From the human T2T-CHM13v2.0 reference genome, Homo sapiens: 64,000 nucleotides of DNA. The stretch lies in assembly GCF_009914755.1 (NCBI RefSeq), contig NC_060925.1; one strand, given 5' to 3'. The notes below the pieces were generated by a model. The model was given only the letters and a program-made list of their open reading frames with translations. It was not told where the DNA came from and ran no database searches. The position numbers and the translations under genes were made by a program. Below, piece by piece: positions 14,133 through 33,825 of this stretch (its first letter is position 1; each line of letters opens with the position of its first letter).

Positions 14133-14531
14133 GGCTGGGTACGCTGGTTTACACCTGTAATCCCAGCACTTTGGGAGACCAAGGCAGAAAGATTGCTTGA
14201 GCCCAGGAGTTCAAGACCAGACTGGACAAGATAGGGAGACCCCATCTCTACCAAAAATACAAATAAAATTACCCAGGCATGGTGGCCCACGCCCATAGTC
14301 CCAGCTACTTGGGGACTACAGGAAGAATTATTGATCTAAACAGGCTTCAATCATAGCTCACTGAAGCCTCTGCCTCCTGGGCTCAAGCAATCCTCCTGCC
14401 TCAGCCTCCCAAGTGGCTCAGACTACAGATGCGGTCCACCATGCTAGCTGAGGCAGGAGGATCACTTGAACCTGGGAGGTCGAGAATGCAGTGAGCCACG
14501 TTCATGCCACTGAACTCTAGCCTGGGTGACA
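14133..14531 (+). mobile_element. Rearranged AluJ with an internal antisense Alu fragment and a unique-sequence insert
   Basis: Sense Alu breaks at about 14314; insert 14315-14446; sense Alu resumes at 14447; no A-tail. Confidence 0.85.
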
Positions 14532-14586
14532 TCCTGGGCAATTGTGAGCCATACAATAAGCTAAGAACTTGTTTTGAAAAATATTA

Positions 14587-14894
<308 letters not shown>

Positions 14895-15434
14895 CTAAAA
14901 GAGACACAAAACAATCATATCAATAAACGTTATCTACTATATGTAAAGCAATCAGAAAGTTAAAACTCCTAAACACAGAATTCTCTTCTCCTCAACAGGA
15001 TTTAGCTGATTTATTGTTTATCTTTAGATATTTTCCTGCTTCTAATATTATTAGTTTAATTTTATATTCATTTATTCATGCCATTCAATAACATCTTAGC
15101 CAAATAGACTTCAGTTGAAGCACATAATAAAATGAATCTATTGTAATTGTAATAATACTCCTAATGGCCCCATTAACCTAAAGATGTCTCCCTACTGTAG
15201 GTACCTTATACACTAGATTTAACATTTTCTTTTCAGAACTGAAGGACTTTATTATAATCCCAGTATGAATAGCATCATTATTATAACATTCTGGAATTGT
15301 GTTTTATGTTTTCAAGGCACTTTGACATACATTATAAATATTGATGGCTGCCAAATTAGTAGAGGGAGCAAAGAGCATGACTTGCTGCAAAGCTCTTCTG
15401 GTATCTCCTACTGCCCAAATCTTAGAAATACTTT

Positions 15435-15963
15435 GGCCAGGTGCAGTGGCTCATGCCTGTAATCCCAGCACATTGGGAAATGGAGGCAGGTGGATTGCTT
15501 GAGCCTAGGAGTTCAAACCCAGCCTGGGCAATATAGTGAGACTCTGCTTCTATTTAAAAAAAATAAAAATAAATAGAAATTAAATTTAAAAATGTTAAAA
15601 TGAAGAAACAACTTATTAGGGAATCCTTTTCTCTTTCTTTCTTTCTTTCTTTTTTTTTTTTTTTTTTTTTTTTTTTTGACAGTCTTGCTCTCTTGCTCTT
15701 TTGCCCAGCCTGAGGTACAGTGGTGTGATCTCGGCTCACTGCAACCTCCACCTCCTGGGTTCAAGAGATTCTTGTGCCTCAGCCTACCGAGTAGCTGGGA
15801 TTACAGGCACCCACCACTATGCCTGGCTAATTTTTGTATTTTTAATAGAGGCGGGGTTTCACCATGGTGGGCAGGCTGGTCTCGAACTCACGACCTCAGG
15901 TGATCCGCCCGCTTTGGCCTCCCAAAGTGCTGGGATTACAGGCGTGAGCCATGGCACCCAGCC
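15435..15963. mobile_element. Sense Alu left monomer (15435-15575) tail-to-tail with an antisense AluS (15631-15963)
   Basis: Opposite-orientation Alus about 60 nt apart. Confidence 0.88.
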
Positions 15964-16340
15964 AGGGAATTATTTTCAGTATCAGTTCTCTTTTTTAAAA
16001 GTTAGTTTTTAATTGAAGGTATTCTGTCAAGTTGATACTGTTAACAATTCGTGGACTTTAGATGCCATTTTATAATAGTCAGAATTTAGTTGATAACCCT
16101 TTTTTTTAATGAACTCTATAACTGCCTAGCAAGATTATGCAAATTGATAACTACCATTTATCATTTACGAAGTACTCCTGTGTATAAGCTTGTTTGATTA
16201 TGATGTCAGCCATATTTGGTAGTGTAATTAGCGCTACTTTACAAAAGCGGAAACTGGGCATGACTTACTAAATAGTACATTGCTGGTGGGTAATGACACC
16301 TAAACTATAACAAAACTTTTCTTATTCAAAATATTGAACT

Positions 16341-16387
16341 GCTTGGCTAGGTCAGTTGGTAGAGTATGAGACTTTTAATCCCAGTGT
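16341..16387 (+). pseudogene. tRNA-Lys(CTT)-derived 5'-half retropseudogene (tailless type)
   Basis: GCTTGGCTAGGTCAGTTGGTAGAGTATGAGACTTTTAATCCCAG versus tRNA-Lys GCCCGGCTAGCTCAGTCGGTAGAGCATGAGACTCTTAATCTCAG; no T-arm or B-box. Confidence 0.8.
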
Positions 16388-16518
16388 GAAAATACTGTGC
16401 ATTTTCCCCACCATCCCTCAGCAATTTCATTCTTTAATTTCAGGGAAGCAGAGGAGCAACTTACTTAAGTATTCTAAGTATAGGACTACAAATGTTCTTC
16501 TTTAAACATAAAAGTCTT

Positions 16519-16914
<396 letters not shown>

Positions 16915-19065
16915 TTAAGAGACAAAAATACCAATTAAAATTAAGTATCCCTGAAAACTTGGATTTATTAAAGTTTAACATGTTAGCTAAGAGAAACCAT
17001 AGACTGTTCTCTTGGTACAAATTCCCTTCTAAGACACATTACATGAGAAACAGTAAAAGTGTGTTAGGGAAAGTGCTCATGTTAAATCTCTTTGAAAATG
17101 TACCTTTTTTTCTGTGTGTAAAAGCAATGTAAGTTTACTGTAGTATGCAACCTAAAAACATCCACTATTTACATTTATTTAATTTAATACTAGTTTTTCC
17201 TATGCATTTTTTTAATGTTTGGGGCTATGATGTATATACTATTTTATATCCTGATTTTCTTACTTAATCTACCCTGTTAAGTTTTTAAAAACTGATTTCA
17301 TGGCTGCACGGCATTCTCGTTTATGTATGTACTATAATTTATTTAGGCATTTCCCTACCTAAATAACATCTAGGTCATTTCCATTTTATCCATTATCAAT
17401 AAACTTCTTTGCATAGCTTTGTATATAAATGGTCTTTATTCCTTTAGTTCTAAAGAAGAATTATTGCATCAAGAGTTAAGCACCTTTTAAGATGCTGATG
17501 TATGTTGTCGAACTGCTTTTTACCGAATCTTTAATATTGATTGCTTTTTAAAAAGGGACCTATGAAAAGACAGTCATTCACAAAATACTCATTTAGCCTC
17601 TACCATGTGCCAGGCATTTTTAGATCCTTGCAGAACCTCAGTGAGCAAAGGAGACAAAATTCCCTGCCTTGGACAAGTTTCCTTCTGGAGAAGACACACA
17701 GTAAAAATCAAGCATAATAATTACATAAATTACATTGCATCATACATAAAGATGTAAATAAAAGCAGTAAGAATCAGACTTCACAGCTGAAGTATGAATT
17801 GCCTCACAAATGAAAAAATAAAATGATATCATTTCTGTAATTATTTATTTAACCAACTTGTTTGATAATGAGGTTTTTTGGCCAGCCAAACTTTTCCAGT
17901 GCTTAAAGGTTTATTTATGAAGAAACACAGCCCAGGCAGTAATGCCTCTTCCAAGCAGGACTTTTCTGAATTAGTCTCTAAGATTCTGACATGTGTATTA
18001 CTGAATTGATTCATCTCAATACAATGTGTTTGCAAAATTCTGCCCAGCTAAGACCAGAGGACAAATCCTGAAGTGGGTATGGCTTGTCCTGCAGCCTCGG
18101 CATTCTTATTCTTTTCTGTTGCTTTCCCTCTGAATAGTGCCTGGCTTGGCCATTAAAAACCTGGTCTCAAAAATGAACCAAACCAACTCACTTATAATCA
18201 ACTTTAATGACTTATTCTCTTTTTCTTACTTAGAGTATTTAGACTTTAATAGGACAAACAAAGCCTTATACTGAAAAAGAAAATCAATCCTCCAGAATAC
18301 CCATTTATTCTATCTGATATAATAGCAAGAGGCCAATTAACAGACTGAATCCCAGGGTGACTTCAGGATAATAAATAATAATAGCTAACATTTATTGGAT
18401 GCTTACTAAGTGTTGGGCATTTTGATAAGCATTTTACATATGAATTGTTCTTTATTTATCACTGCAGCTCTATAAAAGGAGTGTAATTATTATCCCAGTT
18501 GCACAGATGAAACCATATGGCCCAAGCAGTTTTGTCAAACATTACAAGGCTGGTAAACAGTAGAGCCAGGGTCTAACTCAGGCTATGGGATTCCAGCACC
18601 CATGTTATTTATAGCTCTGCTAGTCTCCTTCCTAAGAGACCTAGGAGGGTCCTGCATCCGCCTGTGAAACAAAATCATTCTCTACACATTAGCTAGTAAT
18701 AAAACTATGCCAACAGAGCTTCATTTCTAATGCAGTGTTTGTTATGGAAATGCAAACGCATGAGAAAAGAACCAGAAGATACTACTGACTACTGCTACTT
18801 TGGCTTGAATACAAGATGTGGAAGCAGATTTGCAGTAGATGATGAGAATGAAACCATAGTACTATAGGAGGTTTCTGATAGGATAGGTAAGGAAGGGGCA
18901 GTCTGAGATGAGGATAAAGGATAGGTAAAAAAGGCAGCCTTAGCCAAGACAGGACCATCATGGGCAATTCATCATGTGCTTTACCAGCTAATTATGGGCT
19001 ATCTAGAAAGCACTGTTTCTCATAGTAGGGTCTGTGGACAATCTACATTAAGAATGCTTGGGCAC

Positions 19066-19375
<310 letters not shown>

Positions 19376-19554
19376 TAAAGTACAGATTCCTGAGCCCTTT
19401 GCCAAGCGATACTTCTGCAGTGAAGCATAAAATCCATTGCTGTAGAGGTCAGACACACTCTTTAAGAGAAGGAAGTGTCATCATAAAAGACAACATAGGG
19501 AATGGACAGAAAATGTGGACAGAAAGGCAGAGTGGATATGATTGCCCAAGCCAT

Positions 19555-20315
19555 TGAAACGGGAGAGTTCCCTGACTCCTGTCGCATATCATGTGGCTCA
19601 TCTATTCTGCCAAGGCACATGCTCAAACCCGTTACAGGAGGGGGAGCACACAGATGGACAGGTGCGCAGGAGCTGGGGTGAGCACCTTGGGGCTCCAGCC
19701 CCACAGTAGCATCTAGGGGTGGATGCCTGTGACTCCCAAAGCCCAAGTGGGAATGTGATACAGTTCACTATTTTAGCTTTGCTGTCTGCAGACAGCTTAA
19801 CTGTTAACCAGCTCAGTGCCCTCTTGGTACCCAGGTCCTTGTCCAGTGTCCAGGAAGAATCAGGTCACACACAGATTTGAAGGATGAATGTGGGGGTTTT
19901 ATTGAGTGGTGGAGGTGGCTCTTAGCGGGATAGATAGGGAGCTGGAAGGGGGATAGAGTGGGAGGATGATCTTCCCCTGGAGTTGGCTGTCCAGCGGCCG
20001 ATCTCCTCTCTGATCGTCCCCAGGGGAACTTCTCTCAGCATTCAGATGCTCCTTTTCTTCTGTCCTTCTCTGCCGAGCCATTCTGCCATTCTTCTGCTCT
20101 TCTATTTATCTCTCTGTCTGCTTCTGGAACCTGGGGTCTGGAGTTTATGAGGGTACAGGATAGCGGGGCATAGCAGGCCAAAAGGCAACTTTTGAGCACG
20201 AAAACAAGAATGCCTGCTTCTATTTAGGGCTATGGGTTTCCAAGCTTGAGGGTGGGACCTCTGCCAGGGAACCACCCTCATTTATTCAGTATTTTCCTGT
20301 TTGCTGTTTGTATCA
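19555..20315 (-). mobile_element. MER50-like ERV1 solo LTR
   Basis: TG...CA termini; 4-bp TSD CCAT at 19551-19554 and 20316-20319; minus strand begins TGATACAAACAGCAAACAGGAAAATACTG. Confidence 0.8.
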
Positions 20316-21486
20316 CCATCGCCTTAGTAGTAGTGGTTTGGGTGACAGAAAAGGGTGGGCATGTGAGAATCTTAGGCCATTATCTCTAGTACTATCTGGT
20401 CACCTCTCTGTTTCCTATTTCTCCTGAGTCACTGACCACCCCAGCCCACCTGGGCATTACAGGAACCCCCCAAAGCACAGGATATAGGACTGTTGTCGTA
20501 ATTAACCATCACATCACACATGACCCTCTTCTGCCTAGAACTCACCCTGTCTCTGGATGTGAGGTTTCAGCTGAGATTATGAGAACCGCTGAGAGCTGCT
20601 GAAGTTAGAGCTTCTGATCCACCAACCTTGATAGGCACTGTTATCCTGGGGTCTTTCAGCAGTGCGGAAAGAGCCCCAAAGGGGAAAAGACAATTTGTCA
20701 TTGTAGAAAACCAACACTGAAAATGTATAAGTCAGTAGTCTAAATTTGCTACTACTGACTTAAAAAAGCTGAAACAACAATGGCTAGCCAGGAATCTTTT
20801 TCAATTCTGCATTGTAATATAGATCCCTTTTTAACGAAGAAAAGACACAGGTTCTATAATTCCTTTAATAACAGGTTAAAGGCTTAAGGGAAGGGCAGTC
20901 ACATTTCATGATGACTAATTCACTTGCTTGAATTGCTGCTTGCCATAGAAAAGTTTCCCAGAGAACTCATATTACTCTTTTTTTTTTTTTGACAGTTTTC
21001 CAGAGGAAGGCAAGTATGAGCAAGATATTAAACAACATTTTGCTTTCCTCTCACAAAACAGTATTGGTTGTTGCACTACCAGTGACTCCTTGAAGATGCT
21101 CATTAATTTTTCAGGTTTTTAAGTGGCTAAAAGGGAAAAAGCAAATATTATGTTAACGGAACTAAATATCAGTGCTATTAAATATAATGCAAATTAGATG
21201 ATGGCACACAGAATGTATTTTTCAAACATTTTATTATGTGTAATTAGAGATTTGTGAATTGTCCACATAGAGATGGGTTCTGAACTTGTAGACTCTATTG
21301 GTTACTAACCCATGTTAAACAGACACGGTGTTTCTTGAAATTCTAATCACTTTAGACTTTTCATTTGGGTTTAACTTTCTTCAGGTCCTGCCTCTGATAA
21401 ACCACCAAGTTTCTGCAGAATAGGAAACAATTCAGAAGAGTTCCATAATCTCCCTGAAGTTTGCAACCTATTACTACAGAACAAAG

Positions 21487-21488
<2 letters not shown>

Positions 21489-21565
<77 letters not shown>

Positions 21566-21759
21566 TTTCTTTCTTTTCTTTCTTTCTCTTTCTTTCTTTC
21601 TTTCTCTGTCTCTCTCTTTCTTTCTTTTCTTTCTTTCTTTCTTTCTTTCTCTCTCTTTCTTTCTTTCTTTCCTTCTTTCTTTCTGTCTTTCTTTTTCCTT
21701 CCTTCCTTCCTTCCTTCCTTCCTTCCTTCCTTCCTTCCTTCCTTCCTCCCTTCTTTTTT
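21489..21759. repeat. (TTTC)n/(TTCC)n polypyrimidine tract, the expanded tail of an antisense Alu
   Basis: About 270 bp of almost pure pyrimidine. Confidence 0.97.
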
Positions 21760-23390
<1,631 letters not shown>

Positions 23391-25285
23391 CTCCCTACCT
23401 CCCCAACCACTACCACCAATTGCAGTTTTTACTAGTCAGGATGATTAGGTGTAAGCAAAATAAATCAAGGCTGGTTATCTTAAGCAGAAAGAGAATTATT
23501 AGAAAGGTAGCTGAAAATCAGTAGAAAGCCTGGCAAAATGGGCATGAACAGGATCCGAGTGAGAGCAGGACCCAGAACCACAGCCAAAATCACAGCCTAG
23601 GAAAAGTCTGGCGAGGACCCTGCAGCTGACGCTGATCACTGCCACTGCCTGCCCTGGTGCCACTGTCACTGTACCCTGGATACAGCTATGGTGCCCACAT
23701 TGGATTCTAAGTGGTTTCTGGAAGCCCTATGTCAACCCTTCAACATTCACAGCCTGGGTGTTAGGGGAGGGGGCATCTGGTTGGTGAGGTTTAGGCCATT
23801 TGCTTGTAGCCCTACTGCCTCTCAGCTTTTTTAGGATGCCCACAAAGAAGTATATCCTAGTGCTGGGCAAATAAAACATGGCAAATGTCTGCTAGACTAT
23901 ACAGATTGGAAGATGCTATGCCTGGAGAGCAAGGGTGTACTTCTGAGGAATCTGTTGGCCACTGTGTAGACTTGGAAGCTGTCCATTCTTTCATATAGAG
24001 TTTTGCTACACTTTGACATCAGACCTTCTCTGTATGGTCCTTGTCATTTAGGAAAATTTCCTGGGTGGCTACTGCTTTTTGCCTTTTCCTCCTCTTATTC
24101 TTTCTTTTTAACAATGTAACTGCCATATGTAGATTTCTTACCTTCTCCCTACATACCAAGTACCTAAAGCCCAGGAATATAAGAAGGAAGATAAACCCTT
24201 GAATATGTCTGTGTGTACCCTGCTACCCTTATATACACCGCTGATACTATAATCCACTAAATGATTCATTGCTTGACTTGTTTTTCAAGGTGTGGTAATG
24301 AGTTTGTTCTGACACACCGTTTTCCCTGCCCTGGGCTTCTGGTGCCTATTTGATATGTTGGCATTAGTTTTGCCTTGCTAATTGACATACTCAACTCTTT
24401 ACCCTTGGCCCGATAATGTTGAATTCTGACCACAGAGCTAAACTGGCCTGGCTTGGAGAAATGGCACTTAAGTGCTGTGAAACAGCTGAATTATTAAAAG
24501 GAGATGCGAAAGAGAGAAACCAAAAGGAGGTATTTGTGTTTTGAGAAAAATAGGAGGGAGGGTGGGGGCGAATCTCCAATGATTTAAAAAAAAACACATC
24601 CTTTGTCTCCTTTAATATGACTCCTCTTTCTTGAATATCTAGAACCCCTGAAAGGTCCAGAAAAGTCCATGTGTCTGCTCTAATCAAAGCCTTTATGATG
24701 CAGGCCTTGGTTACTGTGGCTTTGACATCAAGATTGGCAAGCGCAAAAGTAAATAAAGAAACCTTAGAGATGTCTATACCCTTTGGCTCAGTAATTCCTC
24801 TTGTAGAGATCTGGCCTTAAGAAATAATCAGTGGAAGGAAATTTATGTACAATGATATACATCCAAAACCTAATTATAATAGTAAGAATTTGGAACCAGT
24901 CTAAAAGTTCAACAATAGCAATAATTAGTGCTTATTAAGGTTTTATTTGTGTAAAACATGGTACTAAGTGCTTGATATGAACTGTCTCATCAAACCTCAT
25001 GACCTCACTGCTTTTATCTAATTTTACAAATGAAGAAACTGAGTCACTGAGGGGTTAAGCAATTTGCCCAGGGCCATGGAACTCCATCTAGTAGAGCCAG
25101 GACTTGGACTGAGTTTCGTTTGAGTCTGCAGTTGGTGTTTGAAACCACCTAGCTATACAGTTTCTCAATAGGGGTAAGATTGAATAAATACAGTAAAACA
25201 TGATGAAACATTAACTAGCCATAGCATGATGTTTTGAACAATTTTTAATAAAATGAGGAAATTTTTATTAAGTAATATTGAATAA

Positions 25286-25579
25286 GGCTGGGTGTGGTGG
25301 CTCACACCTGTAATTCTAGCACTTTGGGAGGCTGAGGCAGGCAGATCACCTGAGGTCAGGAGTTTCAGACCAGCCTAGCCAACACAGCAAGACCTCATCT
25401 CTACTAAAAGTACAAAAATTAGCTGGGCGTGGTAGTGTGCACCTGTAATTCCAGCTACTCAGGAGGCTGAGGCTGGAGGATAGCTTGAGCCCAGGGGGCA
25501 GAGGTTACAGTGAGCCAAGATCACACCACTGCACTCTAGCTTGGGTGATGGTGTGAGACTCTGTCTCAAAAGAAAAAAA
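25286..25579 (+). mobile_element. AluS
   Basis: TSD ATTGAATAA. Confidence 0.9.
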
Positions 25580-26302
25580 TTGAATAAAAAAGGCAAGACA
25601 AAACATTTATAAAGAGTATGATCTCCACTAGGCTACCAACATACACAAAAGACTGTTAACATTTTTTTTAAATAATAGTTTCTAGTTTGCAAACAAATAT
25701 AAAATTGTATTATCTTCTCCATACCCTTCTATACTTTTCAAGCATCCTGTAATTAGCATGTATTACTTGTGTAATAAAGGAAAGTAGTCGGTTTTAAGAA
25801 GAAAATAACTCTACGCTAGAAGATTTAAAGCATCAGTGCTAAATGGGTTAGCACAGTAGGGCTTGTGGGGTCCAGAGCCCCACAAGGCCAGGCAGCCCCA
25901 ACACACCATGGCGAGTCCTCAGTGGAGCAATGCTAAGTCTCATCCTGGGAGAGGCTGCTTGCAGGGCTGACTCTGCCTCCCACCCTGAGCCATCCTGCTG
26001 TGGAAGTGAGGTTATTAATTTAATGAGATCAGTGACCAGCACAAACTACATGTCAGAACTGGATGGGAATTTCCACTCTTCACCCTCTACCTAGGTGACT
26101 TTGAGCAAGTTATTTATCCTTTCTACTCTTTTGTTTCCTTATCCGTATAATGAGGATAATAATATTGTCTGTGTGATTGGGTTGTTGTGAGGATTAAATG
26201 AGAGAAAACATGTAAAGTTTAGCATGTTACCTGTGACATAATTAATACTCATTAAATGGTCACTTTAAAAGGATGACAAAACACACTTTGCCCCATGGTT
26301 GA

Positions 26303-27122
<820 letters not shown>

Positions 27123-27476
27123 TTAAATTTTGTCCAACAATAAGAAACCATATTTCTCGTTTGAGATCACTCTAAATTCCCACAGGCACATTGTCTTCTT
27201 GTAAGACTAAAGTTTGGTGCCAGTGTGTACAAGTTATATAAAAATTCTTCCCAAATTAAAGATAATTTGGATTTTTTTTAGTATATTCAAGTATGTCCTG
27301 TGAGATTAATAGGCATAAGTTAATATTCTGTTGCAAGGATGGAACTGTCTCATTATGGACGTAACACCACAAACACCAAATACAGTAAGATATCATGAGG
27401 TTTTTTTTTTTTTTAGCAAATTAGGCAATGCACTGATGACAGAACTGATATAAAAAACAGTTTCCAGTCATAAAGG

Positions 27477-27477
<1 letters not shown>

Positions 27478-27517
<40 letters not shown>
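27478..27517. repeat. (TG)20 microsatellite
   Basis: Perfect dinucleotide run. Confidence 0.97.
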
Positions 27518-27519
<2 letters not shown>

Positions 27520-28235
27520 ATTCTGTGTTTGCTAATGCTTTTGTATGTTAAAATACTTGCAAATACCATAAAGCACTAATAGCAGGTGGATTAAAAGGAT
27601 GGGATTAGGGATGGTTCTTTTTTTCTCCTTTTAATTTCTCCTGTTGAAAATTTTTCTGTACTTTAATTATCGCTTTTACAGTCAAAGATGTTAAGTATAA
27701 TTTAAAAAGAAATGACGTAGCCACGTGGTGGCAGTATTCCATGAAGAATGTAATCTACATAGCTTTGTTTCAGTCCTATGTCTAACATTGGCTTGATTTC
27801 TTCTCTGACAATTTTGTTTATAAATTGTCTTATTTTAGATAACTGATTCCTTGTGAAATTTCCCTATGAGGATTAAGCACCTCTTATAAGTGACTTTAAT
27901 TTAATGCACCTGTTTGATTTGGAACTATGATAACAAATAGACTCTAAAGGAAGATTGTATTTATTCCCTGTTAGGGCTAATAAAACCCTAGTCAGATATG
28001 AAAATTGTTTTTATATGATGCAAATTAATAACTGAATGAAGTTTCATTGCCAATAACTACCTGTAGTTTATACAACAGAATTACATTAACCTGTATTAAA
28101 AGCCAACAACACCATATATTACTTTTAAATTAAAAATGCTAATTTTAAAATAATAAAAGTGAAAACAAAAATACTACAGCAGCATATGCTATAAGCCCAT
28201 GATTTTGCTAAATTGAAAATTGTGTTACCTTTTAA

Positions 28236-29236
<1,001 letters not shown>

Positions 29237-30256
29237 AGACCAGCCTTTTTCAAAAATTTCTGAAGCCCCGTAGAAACCTTTTCATTGGAAATGTAGGACA
29301 CTTTTCTCAAAGACAGTCACATGGGCCACACTACTCCTTATACAAGCCTGTGATATCTCAGCCTCAAGTTGTGATTTCTCCCTGCCCCCAAAAGTAATTT
29401 TTTTAAAAGAAAAATTTGAGCACTGAAATCAGAGTGACGGAATACACAGGGCTTGAAGCAATCTCAGGGATCCAAGGCTTAGAGCCATCTTCAGAAATGT
29501 CTTCTGCCAGTTGGGAGAATTGTGTCCTTGAAGTCACTTCTGTCAGCTTTTAATTATCAGGAAGGAGGAGACTGGCAAGGCTGCACCAGGACCCCTTTGA
29601 GTTCAGACTGAAAGTTAGGTACCAGGGTTGCTCACCCCACCCTGGTCAGAATCATTCATTAGCAGTTTCCTGACAGCCTTTATAACTAGACCAGGCTGCC
29701 AGGAAAAGAAAAGAGCAGAGAGAAGTCATTGGTGACATCCCACCCAGGTGTTACAACACCAAAGTGCCTGCTAACCAAAATTAGGTTTCTTATGAGGAGC
29801 CAGGAGAAGGTGAACAGCATCCCAAAGATTGTGCAAAGGCAAAAGTGACACATCTTGGGGACCCTCAAGGAAATCTGAACCTTATTGCACCATCAATTGC
29901 AAGGAATCAAATAGAGATTAGTTATCATGCGTTTTTTCTGGCTCAGTAAAATAAAGCTCTTTGGTATTTGCTGCCTAGAAGCCTCATGAAATTAGTGGAC
30001 ACACCTTGAAGTTTTACAACCTAGGTAGATTATAGTTGCCCTTGCAGTGTTTCCTCCTTTGAGATTTACCCAATTAAATAAAAAGAAGAAGAAAAGACAC
30101 ATACTCGAAGACTATTGCTTTTATTCCACCCTTCAAGCCCATTAAAGTTATTGGTTTACTTTAGTCATCTCTAAACAAGGGAAGAAACTCCGTTGGGAAA
30201 TTTGGCAAGCAGAGTGCAAAATGTAAGAAACTGACACTCTTTCCTTTTGGTTTAAG

Positions 30257-30346
30257 TTCCCCAGGTCACATCAAAAGCATTCCAACATGACACATGGAAT
30301 TCTGGGCTAACAGTTGCTTCCATCTCTACAGGGCACCTTACTTCTG
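30257..30346 (+). CDS. IL23R: IL23R exon 8 (90 bp, phase 1 to 1), membrane-proximal stalk
   Basis: AAG acceptor ending 30256; (V)PQVTSKAFQHDTWNSGLTVASISTGHLTS; donor GTAAGA at 30347; in frame with exons 7 and 9; too short for the ORF track. Confidence 0.95.
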
Positions 30347-30485
30347 GTAAGAAAATACAACTTAGGCTTTTTGAGTAGTCTTTTAGTAATTGCCCATTTT
30401 AACCCATCATACTGAAAAAATCACATCAGGTGTTAAGTTTCTGGACAATAAGATATGCCTTATGTCTTCCATAGGAAAATAATAG

Positions 30486-33124
<2,639 letters not shown>

Positions 33125-33722
33125 TAAGTGTGAGTGCAGCATAAAGGCAATTTTGATTTCTTTTTTATTTTTTATTTTTATCTTAACTTGCCAGTGTATG
33201 ATTTCTTTCTTATCACGTATATTGCTCTAAGTAAAGTGGATGTCCTTTCTCAGCAGGAAAAATTTCATGAGCAATAGATTTTGAAGAATGATGACAAATT
33301 GCACACATTCTATCTCACACAAAAAGTTAAAAAAAATCAGTATGATTGTAACCAGCTTTAGACATTGTTACAGCAATTGGGAATTCTCACCTGTGTCAGA
33401 CAAGCCAAATGAAGCTCACCACTAAGAATTTATACGAAATTTGCATGCACAAGCCGACCACATTTGCCAGAGATGCACTTCTAAAAACCCACTGACATCA
33501 GATACATGTAGCCCAACTTTCTCAAACAAAAAGTTGTTTCCTGGGGTAGTTGTGCACTCTGGAAAAACAGTCACTCTGTGGCCTAAAGTAAAGGTTAATT
33601 TTGCTTCCCCCCACCCTTTCTCCTTTGAGACCTTTGCTTTGAGCAGAGTAAAGAGAATAGTAATTCTGGTATCAAATGAAGACTAATGCTTGGTTAAAAT
33701 TATTTTTCTTTCCTTTCATTAG

Positions 33723-33825
33723 ACAACAGAGGAGACATTGGACTTTTATTGGGAATGATCGTCTTTGCTGTTATGTTGTCAATTCTTTCTTTGATTGGGA
33801 TATTTAACAGATCATTCCGAACTGG
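33723..33825 (+). CDS. IL23R: IL23R exon 9 (103 bp, phase 1 to 2), transmembrane helix and Arg381
   Basis: TTAG acceptor ending 33722; (D)NRGDIGLLLGMIVFAVMLSILSLIGIFNRSFRT(G); CGA codon 33818-33820; donor GTAGGT at 33826. Confidence 0.97.

Noticed and set aside
17365-17377. ROR-response-like CATCTAGGTCA and other scattered STAT/RUNX-like words
   Set aside because: Short motifs inside decayed repeats; cannot be distinguished from background without chromatin data
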